Source: Chiloscyllium plagiosum
Lineage: Eukaryota
DNA length: 64,000 nt
Assembly (NCBI RefSeq): GCF_004010195.1
Contig: NC_057720.1
Location: forward strand, 14,644,602-14,708,601
Direction of reading: 5' to 3'
The notes under the pieces are model-generated. The model saw nothing but the letters and a program-made list of their open reading frames with translations, was not told the DNA's origin and did not search any database. The position numbers were made by a program, and so were the translations under genes. Shown piece by piece: positions 49,341 through 61,490 of the stretch (within the stretch, counting starts at the first letter, position 1; every line of letters starts with the position of its first letter).

Positions 49341-50650
49341 TGACATTCCTTACCTGGTCTGGCATTTTGTGATTGACTCTTAACAATTAGGGATGGGCAA
49401 TAAATGGCCTAGCCAATGACATTCATATTCTGTGAATGATTTTTTTTAATGACTGACTTTTTACAGTTTTCCCTCCACTCATACTCCCGTCAGTCTTTGT
49501 TTGCACGTGTAAAGTGAGGGATGGTGATTACATTAGATTAGATTCCCTACAGTGTGAAAACAGGCCCTTCAGCCCCAACCAATCCACACCGACCCTCCAA
49601 AGAGTAACACCCAGACCCATTCCCCTCTGAGTTTGAGTTTTAAATGTCAATTTTCCTTCACTTTAATCTGACTACCTGTAATAAACTAATGTGTTGAGAT
49701 TGGTCATTCTAGACTCAAAACTTTAGCTTGCTTTCTCTATGCCTGCTGCCTGATCCACTATGATCTCCCGCATTTTTTTGTTTTCAGTTCAGAATTCCAG
49801 CGTCTGCAGTAATTTGCTCCTTTAAAAGCAAGGCAGTCGTGAATGGTAAACGGTAATTACTTGATGGTAATTTTTAATGGTACAAGTAAACATGACTGAA
49901 AAGCTATGCATCTACGGAAGATGGGGGAAACTTGAAATGCTGCACATCAATTAGCAGGAACATTTGAAACCACACAACTGGCTTCCAAAAGAACAATATT
50001 CTGACAAATGGGTTTCCTCCCTTTCATTGCAGACATTGATGTAGTGAGTTTAGCATGATTGATGTGCAAGATGTTTGTGTCTAATTCATCTAAATATTGG
50101 CATTGGTTACAGAGTATTTGCTTTCAGTGATACGTTTTTTGCAATTTAGGATCCATTACTTGATTGTTATGTATTTAAAATGTGATTATGCTGGAACTAT
50201 GTTGAGGAGTAGAAAATGATTTTTAAATACATTGTCGCATTCAATTTTTTTGGGGTTGAAGACAGTGAAAAATCTTAAAGGTAAAGTTAATATCCATTTC
50301 AAAAACAGGAAAAGGTGACCAAGGTGCTGTGAATACGAGAAGTCCTCCGTGCAGAGTTGAACCCTGGCCAACTAAATGGCCTATGGGGAGAGAATTCAGT
50401 CCAAGACGAATAACCAAAGGGACTTGCTGAAGATGCAAGTCGTATCACAGTCAGGAGCTCAGCAAAGCTGCAGCACAAAGAGAATATCTACTCAGTAAGC
50501 ATCCAAGCAGATTGGCAAAGATTGAAGACCAATATCTTAACCAGGAATCTTCCAGCAAACGGAAGAACTAAAAGCAGTCGGAAGCAGGATAGAGAAAGGT
50601 GGGAAAGTATAGGTGTAACTTGGTTGGTCCCTGACACGGTGAGTGGTCGA

Positions 50651-50669
50651 TAGCTCCATCTGGTGGCCT
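50651..50669 (-). promoter_or_regulatory. Candidate CTCF-binding site
   Basis: Minus strand AGGCCACCAGATGGAGCTA versus CTCF consensus TGGCCACCAGGGGGCGCTA. Confidence 0.5.
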
Positions 50670-50717
50670 GGTTAGTCAGCTGCTGAAACTGGGGCTGATG
50701 CCTTCTAATTGTGTAGA

Positions 50718-51225
50718 TAAAAACAATGATTGCAGATGCTGGAAACCAGATTCTGGATCAGTGGTGCTGGAAGAGAACAGCAGTTCAGGCAGCATCCAAG
50801 GAGCAGCGAAATCGACGTTTCGGTCAAAAGCCCTTCATCAGGAATAAAGGCAGAGAGCCTGAAGCTTGGAGAGATAAGCTAGAGGAGGGTGAGGGTGGGG
50901 AGAAAGTAGCATAGAGTACAATAGGTGAGTGGGGGAGGGGATGAAGGTGATAGATCAAGGAGGAGGGTGGAGTGGATAGGTGGAAAAGAAGATAGGCAGG
51001 TAGGACAAGTCATGGGGAGCTGGAAGTTTGGAACTAGGGTGAGGTGGGGGAAGGGGAAATGAGGAAGCTGTTGAAGTCCACATTGATGCCCTGGGGTTTG
51101 AAGTGTTCCGAGGCAGTAGATGAGGCGTTCTTCCTCCCAGGCGTCTGGTGGTGAGGGAGCGGCGGTGAAGGAGGCCCAGGACCTCCATGTCCTCGGCAGA
51201 GTGGGAGGGAGAGTTGAAATGTTAT
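50718..51225 (-). mobile_element. Penelope-like element 3' fragment
   Basis: Minus-strand MEVLGLLHRRSLTTRRL..PQGINVDFNSFLISP; terminal region containing a hammerhead core. Confidence 0.85.
50809..50846 (-). ncRNA. Minimal type I hammerhead ribozyme motif of a PLE
   Basis: Minus strand UUC-CUGAUGA-A-GGGC-UUUU-GACC-GAAA-CG-UC-GA; all conserved core nucleotides present. Confidence 0.65.
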
Positions 51226-52144
51226 TGTATCAGATGCTCCTTCTAGAGGCACAACAGGAAATGACAACTGCTAACTTGGCTATTTGAGTGTGTGGACGAA
51301 GAATTCATATTGGATATACCTAAGCTACATTGGTGGAAATAGTCGTCTGCAGCTTGCCCGTTTTGTCAAATTGGTTGAGGGATATCAACGAATAGTGCTA
51401 ACTCCTTTATGAGTAAGTGTAAAATTCATCGGGTCTGAACCTGAAATGTTGAAAATTGTTAGATGCTGAGTAGCACATTCAAGGATCCTTCAGGCTGTAT
51501 GTTTTACACAGCCACTCGGGACACCTGCTTGCACTGTTGTAGCTGGCAAACATTCAAGACAAGCAGGGCATGACGGATCTCATCCTGAAACTGACACCTA
51601 AAAATACAGCATGAATTTCTTCCCTATTTTCTCACCTGTTTACAAACACACATTTTAACCTAAAATAAATGAAAATGTGCCATTACAAAGTGAAACATCT
51701 GTAGATTTTGCCTCTCTTGCGAGAACAATACCTGATTCAATATCATCTCCATTTCGTCACTGGCTTTGTATCCCTTTCTCACCCTAAACGTTCTGGCTGT
51801 ATCCTTTTTTTTTCAGTACACTATTACAGAATTTCTACAACGCAGAAGCAGTCTTTGAAACCTAACAATGCTTTCGGCTAGATGCCAGACTTCAGCAGAA
51901 CCCTTTAGGGGAGGGGTAGAAAAAGCAAAATTCAGCACGCGAATGTCTGTTTGAATTATTTTGATAGCCAGGATCTCCATTCAGAAGTATTCAACAGTTT
52001 CATTAGGAAAAAAATGATATAATCTGTACCTGGGTTCAATAGGGTATAGAAGCACAGAATTGTTACAGTTTAGAAGGCCATTGTGTGTGTATCATCTTAT
52101 GTGGTGCTATTTCGCCACCTACTCCCTATAACACTGTCTATTCT

Positions 52145-52615
52145 GGTTCTTGATCAGATGGGCCAATGGACTGACTGGCAGATGGAGTTTAATTTAGATA
52201 AATGTGATGTGCTGTATTATGGGAAAGCAAGTCTTAGCGGGACTTACACACTTAGTGGTAAGGTCCTAGAGAGTGTCACTGAACAAAGAGACCTTGGAGT
52301 GCAGGTTAATAGCTTCTTGGAAGTAGAGTCGCAGGTGGATAGAATAGTGAAGAAGGCGTTTGGTATGCTTTTCCTAGTCAGAACACGTGAGTATATGAGT
52401 TGGGAGGTCATGCTGTGGCTGTACAGGACACATAGGTTAGGCCACTTTTGGAATATTGTGTGCAATTCTGGTCTCCTTGGTGGTGCGTGTATGGAATGAG
52501 CTCCCGGAGGAAGTGGTGAGGCTGTTACAATTGCAACATTTAAAAGGCATCTGTCTGGGTATATGAATAGGAAGTGCTGGTAAATGGGACTAGATTGGGT
52601 TGGGATATCTGATTG
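52145..52615 (+). mobile_element. CR1 3' fragment, internally deleted
   Basis: LDQMGQW.DWQMEFNLDKC..EQRDLGVQV..KKAFGML. Confidence 0.85.
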
Positions 52616-52624
52616 GCCTTAGGA

Positions 52625-52840
52625 GACTGTTTGGTTTTTGTGGAGTTTGTACATTCTCAGTGTCTGTGTGGGTTTCCTCCCAGCCCAAAGGTTAGCTGGA
52701 TTGGCCATGCTAAATTGCTCATAGTATTATAGGGATGTGCAGGCTAGGTGGGTTAGCAATGAGAAATGCAGGGTTAGGGTAGGGATGCTCTTTGGAGTGT
52801 TGGTGTTGGCTTGATGGGCTGAACAACCTGCTTCTATGAT
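52625..52840 (+). mobile_element. V-SINE fragment
   Basis: GTGGAGTTTGTACATTCTC..GGGTTTCCTCCCA..GGATTGGCCATGCTAAATTG. Confidence 0.75.
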
Positions 52841-54194
52841 TCCATTCCACCACCCCCCAACCCCCCATCTCCTTCTCTGTCCAGACATTGATCAGATTAC
52901 TTCTCTGCCTTCTCAACAAAAACAGCATTCTCTCTCCATTCTCTCTAGCTGCATAACTGCAATTCCTGTGACAGTGAATATTACCATTTTGAATTTGGAT
53001 TTTCAAAATCCATAAACTTTTAAAAAAAATACTTTGAAATGAACAATCAAACAATGAAAGTGAACTAAATGTGTCAACTCTGAGAAAGCATGTCATTGAA
53101 GGCAAGTGCATGGGAGAATCCCTCTGGTGTTGATGGTTAAAATGTTTACTCTGCCTATCATAAATCCAATAGTTTAATTATTAAATTGGGCATTTATTTT
53201 GGGTTTAATTCAGCAAAAGCTGAGAGTTCAACTGAGAAGCTGTCACGTTACTTTAAGTGTTTTAGTGTGGAGTTTCTAAGCCACACATTTGTACAGAAAT
53301 CTTGTTCGAACAGAAGAGTTCCCATATGCTCAAATGAATTGTAACTCTTTCCAGAGCGTGTTAAGATTTAAAATCTGAGATAGTAGTGATATTTCTCTGA
53401 CAGTGATGTTTCATCTTTCCTACAACTGTGCATATATTTATTTCAATACACTCAACTTGTTCTGCTGAACATTTGCAAAATCTAATGTGTTTCAGCAATT
53501 ACCACATTAACCAACTGGAATCAACACAATCTACCAAGCAAGGTTTCAGTCTAAAATCTGACATGTCCAGCATCACCATTAACTGGGATCATAAACCATT
53601 CTCCCTAATGTGTTCACAGGATGACATACAGAACTGGCTGCAATACTTTATAGCTAATATTGAATTTATAAAAGACAGTTGCCTTGCCTTTGTACTCTAT
53701 GCTGCTATTAATAAAGCCCAGGATACTGTATGCTTTATTAACTGCTCCCTCCATCTTCCCTGCCACCTTGAATGACATATGCAAATATGCACCCAGGTCT
53801 CTGTTCCTACACCCTTTTTAAAGTTGAACCTTTTGTTTTCAAATTTTTCTCTGGTTCTTCCTACCAGACTGTATCATCTCATTTCACCACGTAGGACACT
53901 GACTTCACCAATTTATCTGAATCCTCAGAGTTCATATTAACTGCAAATCTCAAAACTGTATCCTATTATTCACAGTTTATGTTCAGAAAGAGCCCAATAC
54001 CTTGTCCCAGTGCCTGGGGGACTCCAGTGTAAACCTTCAAGCATGAAAAATCTCCATTCAATTAATTTAGGCTATCTGGTCGGCATGGACGAGTTAGACC
54101 GAAAGGTCTGTTTCCATGCTGCACATCTCCTTTGACTCTTAAATAAAGCAATATTTCATGTTTTAAATCCCTTAATATTGATGTTTTTGTAATA

Positions 54195-55210
54195 GTGCAG
54201 TTGTGTGTGTGTTCACCGAGCTGTGAACTTGATTTGCAAATGTTTCATCCCCTTTCTAGGTGACACCCTCAATGCTGTGAAGCGCAGCTGTACTGTCGGT
54301 TGGAATTTATTTGATATCGTTGCCACTGCTCCTGGTTGGTCAGTGTTCGGTTTACTGATGGAGTCTGTGGACGATGCCCTCTGTTTGACCTATTATTGTT
54401 GTTTTGTCCCAAATTTGTGGTCCTTCTCAGCTATGTACGGGTACTAAGTGCAGCTGGTGTTTTAGTGACTAGTTGATGTTCATGAATGATTAGGTTAGAT
54501 TCCCTAGTGTGGAAACAGACCCTTTGGCCCAACGAGTCCACACTGACCCTCCCAAAAAGTAATCCAACCAGACCCATCTTCCTCTGATTAATGCACCTAA
54601 CACTATGGAAAATTTAGCATGGCCAATCGACCTGACCTGCACATCTTTGAATTGTGGGAGGAAACCAGAGCACCTGCAGGAAACCCACGCACAGACACTG
54701 AGAATGTGCAAACTCCAGATAGTCAGTAGAGGCTGGAATTGAACCCAGGTTCCTGGTACTGTGAATTGTAGTGCCAACCACTGTGCCACCCTAGTAATGC
54801 AGATTGCTAGTGGTCAGCTCATTTGTCCTATATAGTGTTTTGTGCAGTCTTTAAGGAATCTTGTAGAGGTTTGTCCTGCACACGATAGCTATTCGGTCTT
54901 TCTTTTGCTCCAGTGAGTTATTGTCTGAGGTTGTTGGTTTGTGGTGTCATAAATCCAAGTGGTCAGAGGAGTCAGGACTGTCAGTTCAGAGACTGTTTTT
55001 TTTAAAATATATAAAGGTAAAGTGATAGTTTATGGTGTGTTGCTGAAGTTGCGGGGCTATTAGTTCTTGGCAAAGACTTTTTAAGAGGTAGTCAGGATCG
55101 CTGCAGTGTGTTGTAGCTCTTTTGAGCAGGGTCTTATTGCAGGTTCTCATGTTTGGGTGGTTGCTGTTTATAATTCAGGATCTGGTCCAGGGGTGTGGCT
55201 TTTCTGCATT
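54195..55210 (-). mobile_element. Decayed Penelope-like element, interrupted by a V-SINE
   Basis: Minus-strand YKIP*.DCTKHYIGQ GIY-YIG motif at ~54820-54870; decayed hammerhead-like terminus at ~54235-54280. Confidence 0.65.
54488..54791 (-). mobile_element. V-SINE (HE1-like), full length
   Basis: Head GGTGGCACAGTGGTTGGCAC, B box GGTTCAATTCC, V-domain, CTAA-repeat tail. Confidence 0.88.
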
Positions 55211-56909
55211 TTTTTGTGCATTCCCTATTCTTTGAGTTCCTGATACTCTGCAAATTTCATTTACATTGCCACTATCTCTCATGACTCTAATTTTGCTCAC
55301 AGCTGGCAATGTAACAAAAGCCTTCTGGATGTCTATGTATACCACTTCAAGACATTACCTTGATTGAGAAGTTACTGAAATATTTTGATAATTAACTACA
55401 TGTTAATTTACTTACCGACCATTGAAGTTAAATTGATTTGGAGTTGCTTGGCTTATCCTCAGACCCTAATGCAATTTCTCAGTCCAAAGTCTGAAAAATT
55501 GCAAGCGCTTCTGCAATTTCTATTCACACATTCCTCTGTTTCATGCAGCCCTGCTGCCTTGTCAAGTTGACAACTTATTTAATCAGTTCCATATCAATTT
55601 TAAATCCTTCTTAGCAACTAAATATCCCATCCTTTCTCCATGGCCCAAATAATACTTTGCTCTTTGGTAAAGGCATACACTAGTTCAGTGAGGATTCACA
55701 ATATAAATACAACAGCCAAGCTGTTTTTTGACTGGCCTTGTGCTTTATTCAAGATGGCTTCTAGTCTTGATCAGCATTACCAGCTTAAAACAAACCTTGA
55801 ACTCCAAAAAAAGCACAATCGTTCCCTTCAATTGGCATGTCCAACATTAGCTCAACTACCTTTCCATTACTAGGCATGAAAGAAAAAAGTGTCTATATGC
55901 AAGAATCCGCTTCAGATACTACTCTCCAAAGCACTACTGATCAGTTTTTACACTTCAAGGGACAAGCCAGAGCCACGGACTATTGGATCTCATCAAGTTC
56001 TGGTCACCTCATAGGTTTTCTGCAAATTCAGTGAAGTAGACATTTTCAGAACAGGAGAATACACAATCTCATATTTTATGCAAAGTTAGTAGATGCACCC
56101 TGCATTAAGGATAACCCCACATGGAAGCACAATCTCAAATAATAAGCAAATGTTACTATTCAAAAGGCCTGTTTTGTTTACATCAACAGCATTCTTCTGA
56201 TTTCTACTAAGCATATGCTGCTTGCTTGCCCCTACTGAACAACCTAAAAAAGGTAATGATCAATTTAATTTGAGTTTTTTTTTGCTTCAAGTCAAAGTAC
56301 TACACACTGGCAACAAGAAAGAACATGGAGCTAAAGAAAAGTTATACTGTCAGTTCTGATAACATGACAGTGCTGTTCTCATGTGATCTCACATTAAACA
56401 GCATGGATAGTGCATGATTTTCTTAAACTAATGGGGCTGGAATTGCATTATAGCTATACAGGTAACAGAAGTTCACATTCTGCAAATAACAGTCTGAATT
56501 CTACTATCATATTAAATCAATTTGTGTTGAAGAAACATGTGGCAGAACTGACTGTACAGAGTAACCAACATTGGCTCAGGAAGAACTTGGACTGTATTCT
56601 AGAAGAGAAGTTTGGTTGAAATTCAGAGTGCAGAGGGTGAAAGGCTAGTAGGATAAAGTTGGGAAAGATGAGTACAAAGGTGTCATGCTGCATAAATATA
56701 ATGGAATCATTAGGTTGACATGGAGTAGGAGCAGAGGCTGGTAATGTTTGAGGTGGAAGTAAATGGAGAACATGGTTCACTCAATGAAAATAGTTCTGAC
56801 CATGGATACTTAAATGATCATTATTCTATTCCATTATTTTAAATTTCTTGCACAGATGAGCACAGGTTTCATGGAAGAAATAAAACAGCACTTGGCAGAT
56901 ATGAAATTT

Positions 56910-57754
56910 ATGAAACAGTTAATTTGCTTTATTTCTGTACAAATGTCAACTACCACTTGAATTGAACTACTCCTTCAATAAGTCATTAATGTGTAAGCAT
57001 GCCACTTAAGGAGCTTTGAGTAACATGCATGATTTTTTTTCACTGATATAAATGGAATTGCTCCTTTAGAAAATCTTCAAGACAAACTCAAGTGTTATAT
57101 TTAAACACTTTGAAACCATTATACAATTTTCTCTTCCTTAAAATAAATACACTAATTCCTTACACAAATAACATCTCCAAAAAAAGTTCAAATAACTATT
57201 TAACTAAATAACCAGAAGCTATCTTGAATACCTCAAACTATTTGCTGATTGTGATTTCAAAGCTCAACAACCACTCTTGTCATACTAAGTACCAATTCTG
57301 AGGTTCAAGAAGTCAATGTAGATACAAAAGCAAAGAAAAAAATGGTAATTTATTTAAGATGACATCAAGCATCTTTCCAAACCTGAATATGGGTATGTCA
57401 AATTACACCAAAAAACTAAAATGAGCCAGTCTGTCATTGATCAGCCTTTCACAACACAATATCCCCAATTTTCACTTTATATACAAATTATCTGGTTAAG
57501 TATAAATTTGCAAATATACAAATTAGCTGGCAAGTACAAACAACCTTGAAATTCAGCTTTGGAATGTACGTGCGATATTCTGATAGTGTAGCCATCTGCT
57601 GTCACGTAGTTTCACTGGTTCTCAGCTGTGTTCTTCACTTGAGCTGGTTTCAAAAATCAGGAGGCCAAATTAACTTGAAAAATTTTACATTGGGGAATGC
57701 TTAATTTTATTTAAAACAAATTATTGCGCATATTGCAAAGTAGGCTGGTTCCAT
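56910..57754 (-). other. GTF2B: Probable GTF2B 3' UTR
   Basis: Minus-strand TGTACAGAAATAAA (AATAAA at 56933-56928); further AATAAA at 57354-57349 and 57711-57706. Confidence 0.6.
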
Positions 57755-57888
57755 TTACAACTGGGGTAGTTTGTCAACCGGAGTATCAAATTTAAATTCA
57801 GCAGGGAAGAGGTCAGCAGCTCGCGGATAGATGAGTCTGTAGGACTGCCTAATTGTGACATCAGCTACCCCAGCAATGTCTCCAATCT
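57755..57888 (-). CDS. GTF2B: GTF2B last coding exon ([44 protein letters not shown])
   Basis: Matches the TFIIB C-terminus; polypyrimidine tract plus cag acceptor; stop TAA at 57757-57755. Confidence 0.97.
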
Positions 57889-59419
57889 CTGGAGGAGGAA
57901 AAAAAAACAAGTATCAGTAAGGTTCAGAATTCACTAGAAGTTCAATAAACACAGCCAAAAGAACAGGGATGACGAGCCATGAAACCCATGCCCTGGACTT
58001 GTGAATATCAGCTGCCAAGAATTTCTACAAAACATTTCCAAATATCAGATACTTAGGAGACTAGTTCAAATGATTTCAAAAAAGGGAGAAAATAAAACAA
58101 CTGCATCAGTAAATGCTATATTTAACTTGGGGCAGAAAATAAAATAATCAGACCCTTGTATTCTCATCATTATCTCACTACAGCAGACAATAGGCCACGA
58201 TCAAAGTGGAATTCTCACCACTTCATTAAGCAAGCATTAATTTATTGAAGTGATCTAGTGTTTTAAGCAATTCAACATGGAGAAGGCTTCATCCTACTGA
58301 ATGCATACAGAGTGAGTCACTGTTCAATAAGTGGAACTTTTATCTGTATTTAACTTTCCAGTTTCCCACTTTATGGTCAAGTCAAACAGTACAGCCAAAT
58401 ACACTATCAATGTCTCATTAGAACACTGACTAGTCTTCCATTAAGTGCTTGCTTTCCACTGCAAGGCAAATCAAGTTCCTCTGAGCCCACATCCAGTGAT
58501 CACGTCCCTCAAAATGTGAAGTGGTTTCTCTATTTACAGCAATTCTAACATTAACTACTTTTATAAACATTATCAGTCAAGTCTGTAGAGCTAAATGATT
58601 CCTGTCTCCTCAGCGTCTGTGCAGTTACGAATTAATCTTATATTCAACACTTTGTTTTAACCTTTGAAACTAAATATCTACATCAACCTCCCAGACTCCT
58701 ACATACCTGCATAGTTATCTAACTTCTATACCATAAATAAACACAGCAAGCATGAATGCATATAGAAGCATGCACCATTAATGTAGTGTATACCACTTAC
58801 AAGATGCACTTCATCAACTCACCAAGGCTCCTTCAACAGCACCTTCAAAACCAACAACCCCTACCATCTCAGAGGACAACCCAGCAAATACAGAGGAACA
58901 CCACACTCTGCAAGCTGACTTGCAACTATACTCCCATTCCTTCACTGTCACTGATCATAATTCCAGAACTCCCCTCAACAGCACTGCTGGTCATCCTGGG
59001 CAAGATGGTTGCTGTGGTTTGAGGCTATGGCTCACTTGCATCTTGTCAAGTGCAATTAGGGGTTGACAATAAATACTGGGGCAGCAAGTAATGGCCATAT
59101 ATTGTGAACCTATTACAAAGAATTCTCTCCGTTCCCAAGAACATTGTTTATCGACAAAGAGTCATGCCTGTCCAAGTACTTTTAAACAACCTGCTTAGAC
59201 ATGTTATGAAACACCTCTGCATCATAAGACCACTAATCATGCCTGTATATTTGTGCAGCTTGGTCAAGCAGACCAACATAACTGTTTAGGAAAGAAAGCT
59301 AGATTTATTTTCTGCAGCTCAATATTTGGCTGGACAATTTATATAAAATGTATAGTTGTATAAGTTTTTTTTATATAAAAAGTCCAAATCAAGATGATTC
59401 TTAGGAGCAGCACAAATAC

Positions 59420-59701
59420 CTTTTTGTGTTCTTTTGTCAGCTGAAGCTTGCGATGCCATATAAATAGCTGCTGCAGCTACTGAAATAGGGCTTCTACCAG
59501 GCACCAAATCCAGTTCCACAGCTTTCCTCGCAATGTGCGTTGCAGCCATTTGCACTTGTTTAGGCAATCCCAAGTTTGAACAGAACCTGGACATAAAATC
59601 TCCTGTAGTAATTAGATCCACACTGGTCTCCAGAGCTTTCAGAATCAATTTGAAGCAACGGCCTATTTCCTTTTTTGGAATCCTGGACACTGCACATATT
59701 T
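59420..59701 (-). CDS. GTF2B: GTF2B exon ([30 protein letters not shown]...KRTQK)
   Basis: TFIIB cyclin repeats, [13 protein letters not shown]; tag acceptor, G|gtattt donor. Confidence 0.97.
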
Positions 59702-61159
59702 CTAATAGAGGAGAAAAAAACATTAGGTTTGAAACATGTATGGACCAACTGAAAGCATAGACACTTAACTCCAGAGATTCAGGTTGGATAAGTGTGTTAA
59801 ATGATTCTCTAGATGCAAGTTCAGGTTACTTCAATTAACCAGAACTGTCCTAACACCTGGATGATGCTGTCATCAGTTCATCCACCCTACTCAAACTGAG
59901 CTACTGGCAACAAACCAAGAGGATATTATGGCACAGATAGCTTCACTCATTTATAATAAGCCACACAATTTTTTTTAATACATTTTGACAAACAACATTA
60001 AATAACACAAGTGTTACTGCATGACAGCGTGTAATGTATCCCTCCAGAATACAATGTTTGTTAAATTGACAAGCATAATCATAAGTGCTCCAATTCAAAG
60101 TCACTGAAAGATCAAACCATAACAAAAACCTACTTGTTAGGTTGCCAGTTAACTCAGCCAACACTACACAATTTTCCATTGGACTGGGAAAGCTGAAGTT
60201 ATCTGCCAGAGTCAGACTAACAACATTGAATTGCTCTTTGATTTTTTTTATTATTTGCACCTATGATTTTAAACAAGTTTTACACCCAACACGAATTCAG
60301 ATTTCCATTCCATCTCCTCTCCCAACCACCATGATACATGCTTAGAGAGTAACCGATAATCAGTGCAGTTAACAAGCAATGTTAAAGATCTTAATAAAGT
60401 ACCATTTCCAATCTTAAAGAGACAATATTCCAAGATATGGCCATATCTGACAAACAATTTTGTTATATCACTTAGTCAAAACATAAAAATCCTGAATAAA
60501 GAAATCTCAGCGTTGTTCTAATTTGGAATGAACTTTACCTCCCATTCTCGAGGTAAGCCTGTGTTATGGAATGGAAAATTCTCTTTTAACACTTACACTG
60601 ACAAAGTAAATACAAATTAAAGACAATATGGAATTAAGTGTTGAGGAAAGCTCTCTTATGCACTATTCAAATACCATTTAGATAAATTCCACTGAACACC
60701 ATTGCAAAACTGCCAGCAAGTGCTAAATGAACGAACATTTTGTTGTGTAGACACATACCTACTGAGGACTGGATTGAGATGGCTCAAAATGATTTCACTT
60801 AGGGCCCTTACAGAGAACAGACTCCTATCCCATCTTTCTGGATTTAAATCCAGGTCCTAGAGGTGAAAGAACAATGTTAACTCAGACCACCACCCACATC
60901 CCTTCAGTTTTGGCCAGGTGTAAGAAAAAAAATGGACAAGGTAGGTCAATAAAAAAATCCTACCAATTTGTCCTTGCTGCCCAGCCTTGCACTATGTACC
61001 TCAAGGAGAGGTCACAAACTGTACTCAATAGTATATCCTGCTGGTTCAAGAGTCTTTTGGTTTGCAGAGAAAACGGACTTGATGTGCCTTTCCTCATGAC
61101 AAACCTTAAACTATAAGAGTGAAAGACTCAAATATTGCAAGTAATTTCTCACATCATTT

Positions 61160-61490
61160 TCAGCCTTGGCTCAGTGCCAACATTCTTACTAATGTGCTAT
61201 ACTGTTGGAACAGCCGTCTTTCAAATTGGCTGTTGAAATGAAATTCAATCTTCTATCTTAGACGAATGCAAAATATGCCTTAACACTATTCAAACATGAA
61301 GACCTATGATCATGAACAACAATTGCACTGCCACAACATGTTATCTCCTCAAATGCCTCGCAATTAGTGAGGATTACATTGTTTGCAGGTTGGCTGCTGT
61401 GTTTTTCTATATTACAACAGTGATTACATTGCACTTCACTCTGAAATACCAAGGAGGTGAAAGACACTGTCAAAATGCAGATTATTCTTT
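61160..61490 (+). mobile_element. Decayed Deu-domain-like SINE
   Basis: GCCGTCTTTC, TTGGCTGCTGTGTTTTTCTATATTACAACAGTGATTAC, and the end GTGAAAGACACTGTCAAAATGCAG. Confidence 0.55.

Noticed and set aside
57480..57540. Imperfect duplicate TATACAAATTA.CTGG..AAGTA.AAA in the GTF2B 3' UTR
   Set aside because: Short AT-rich duplication with no evidence of function.
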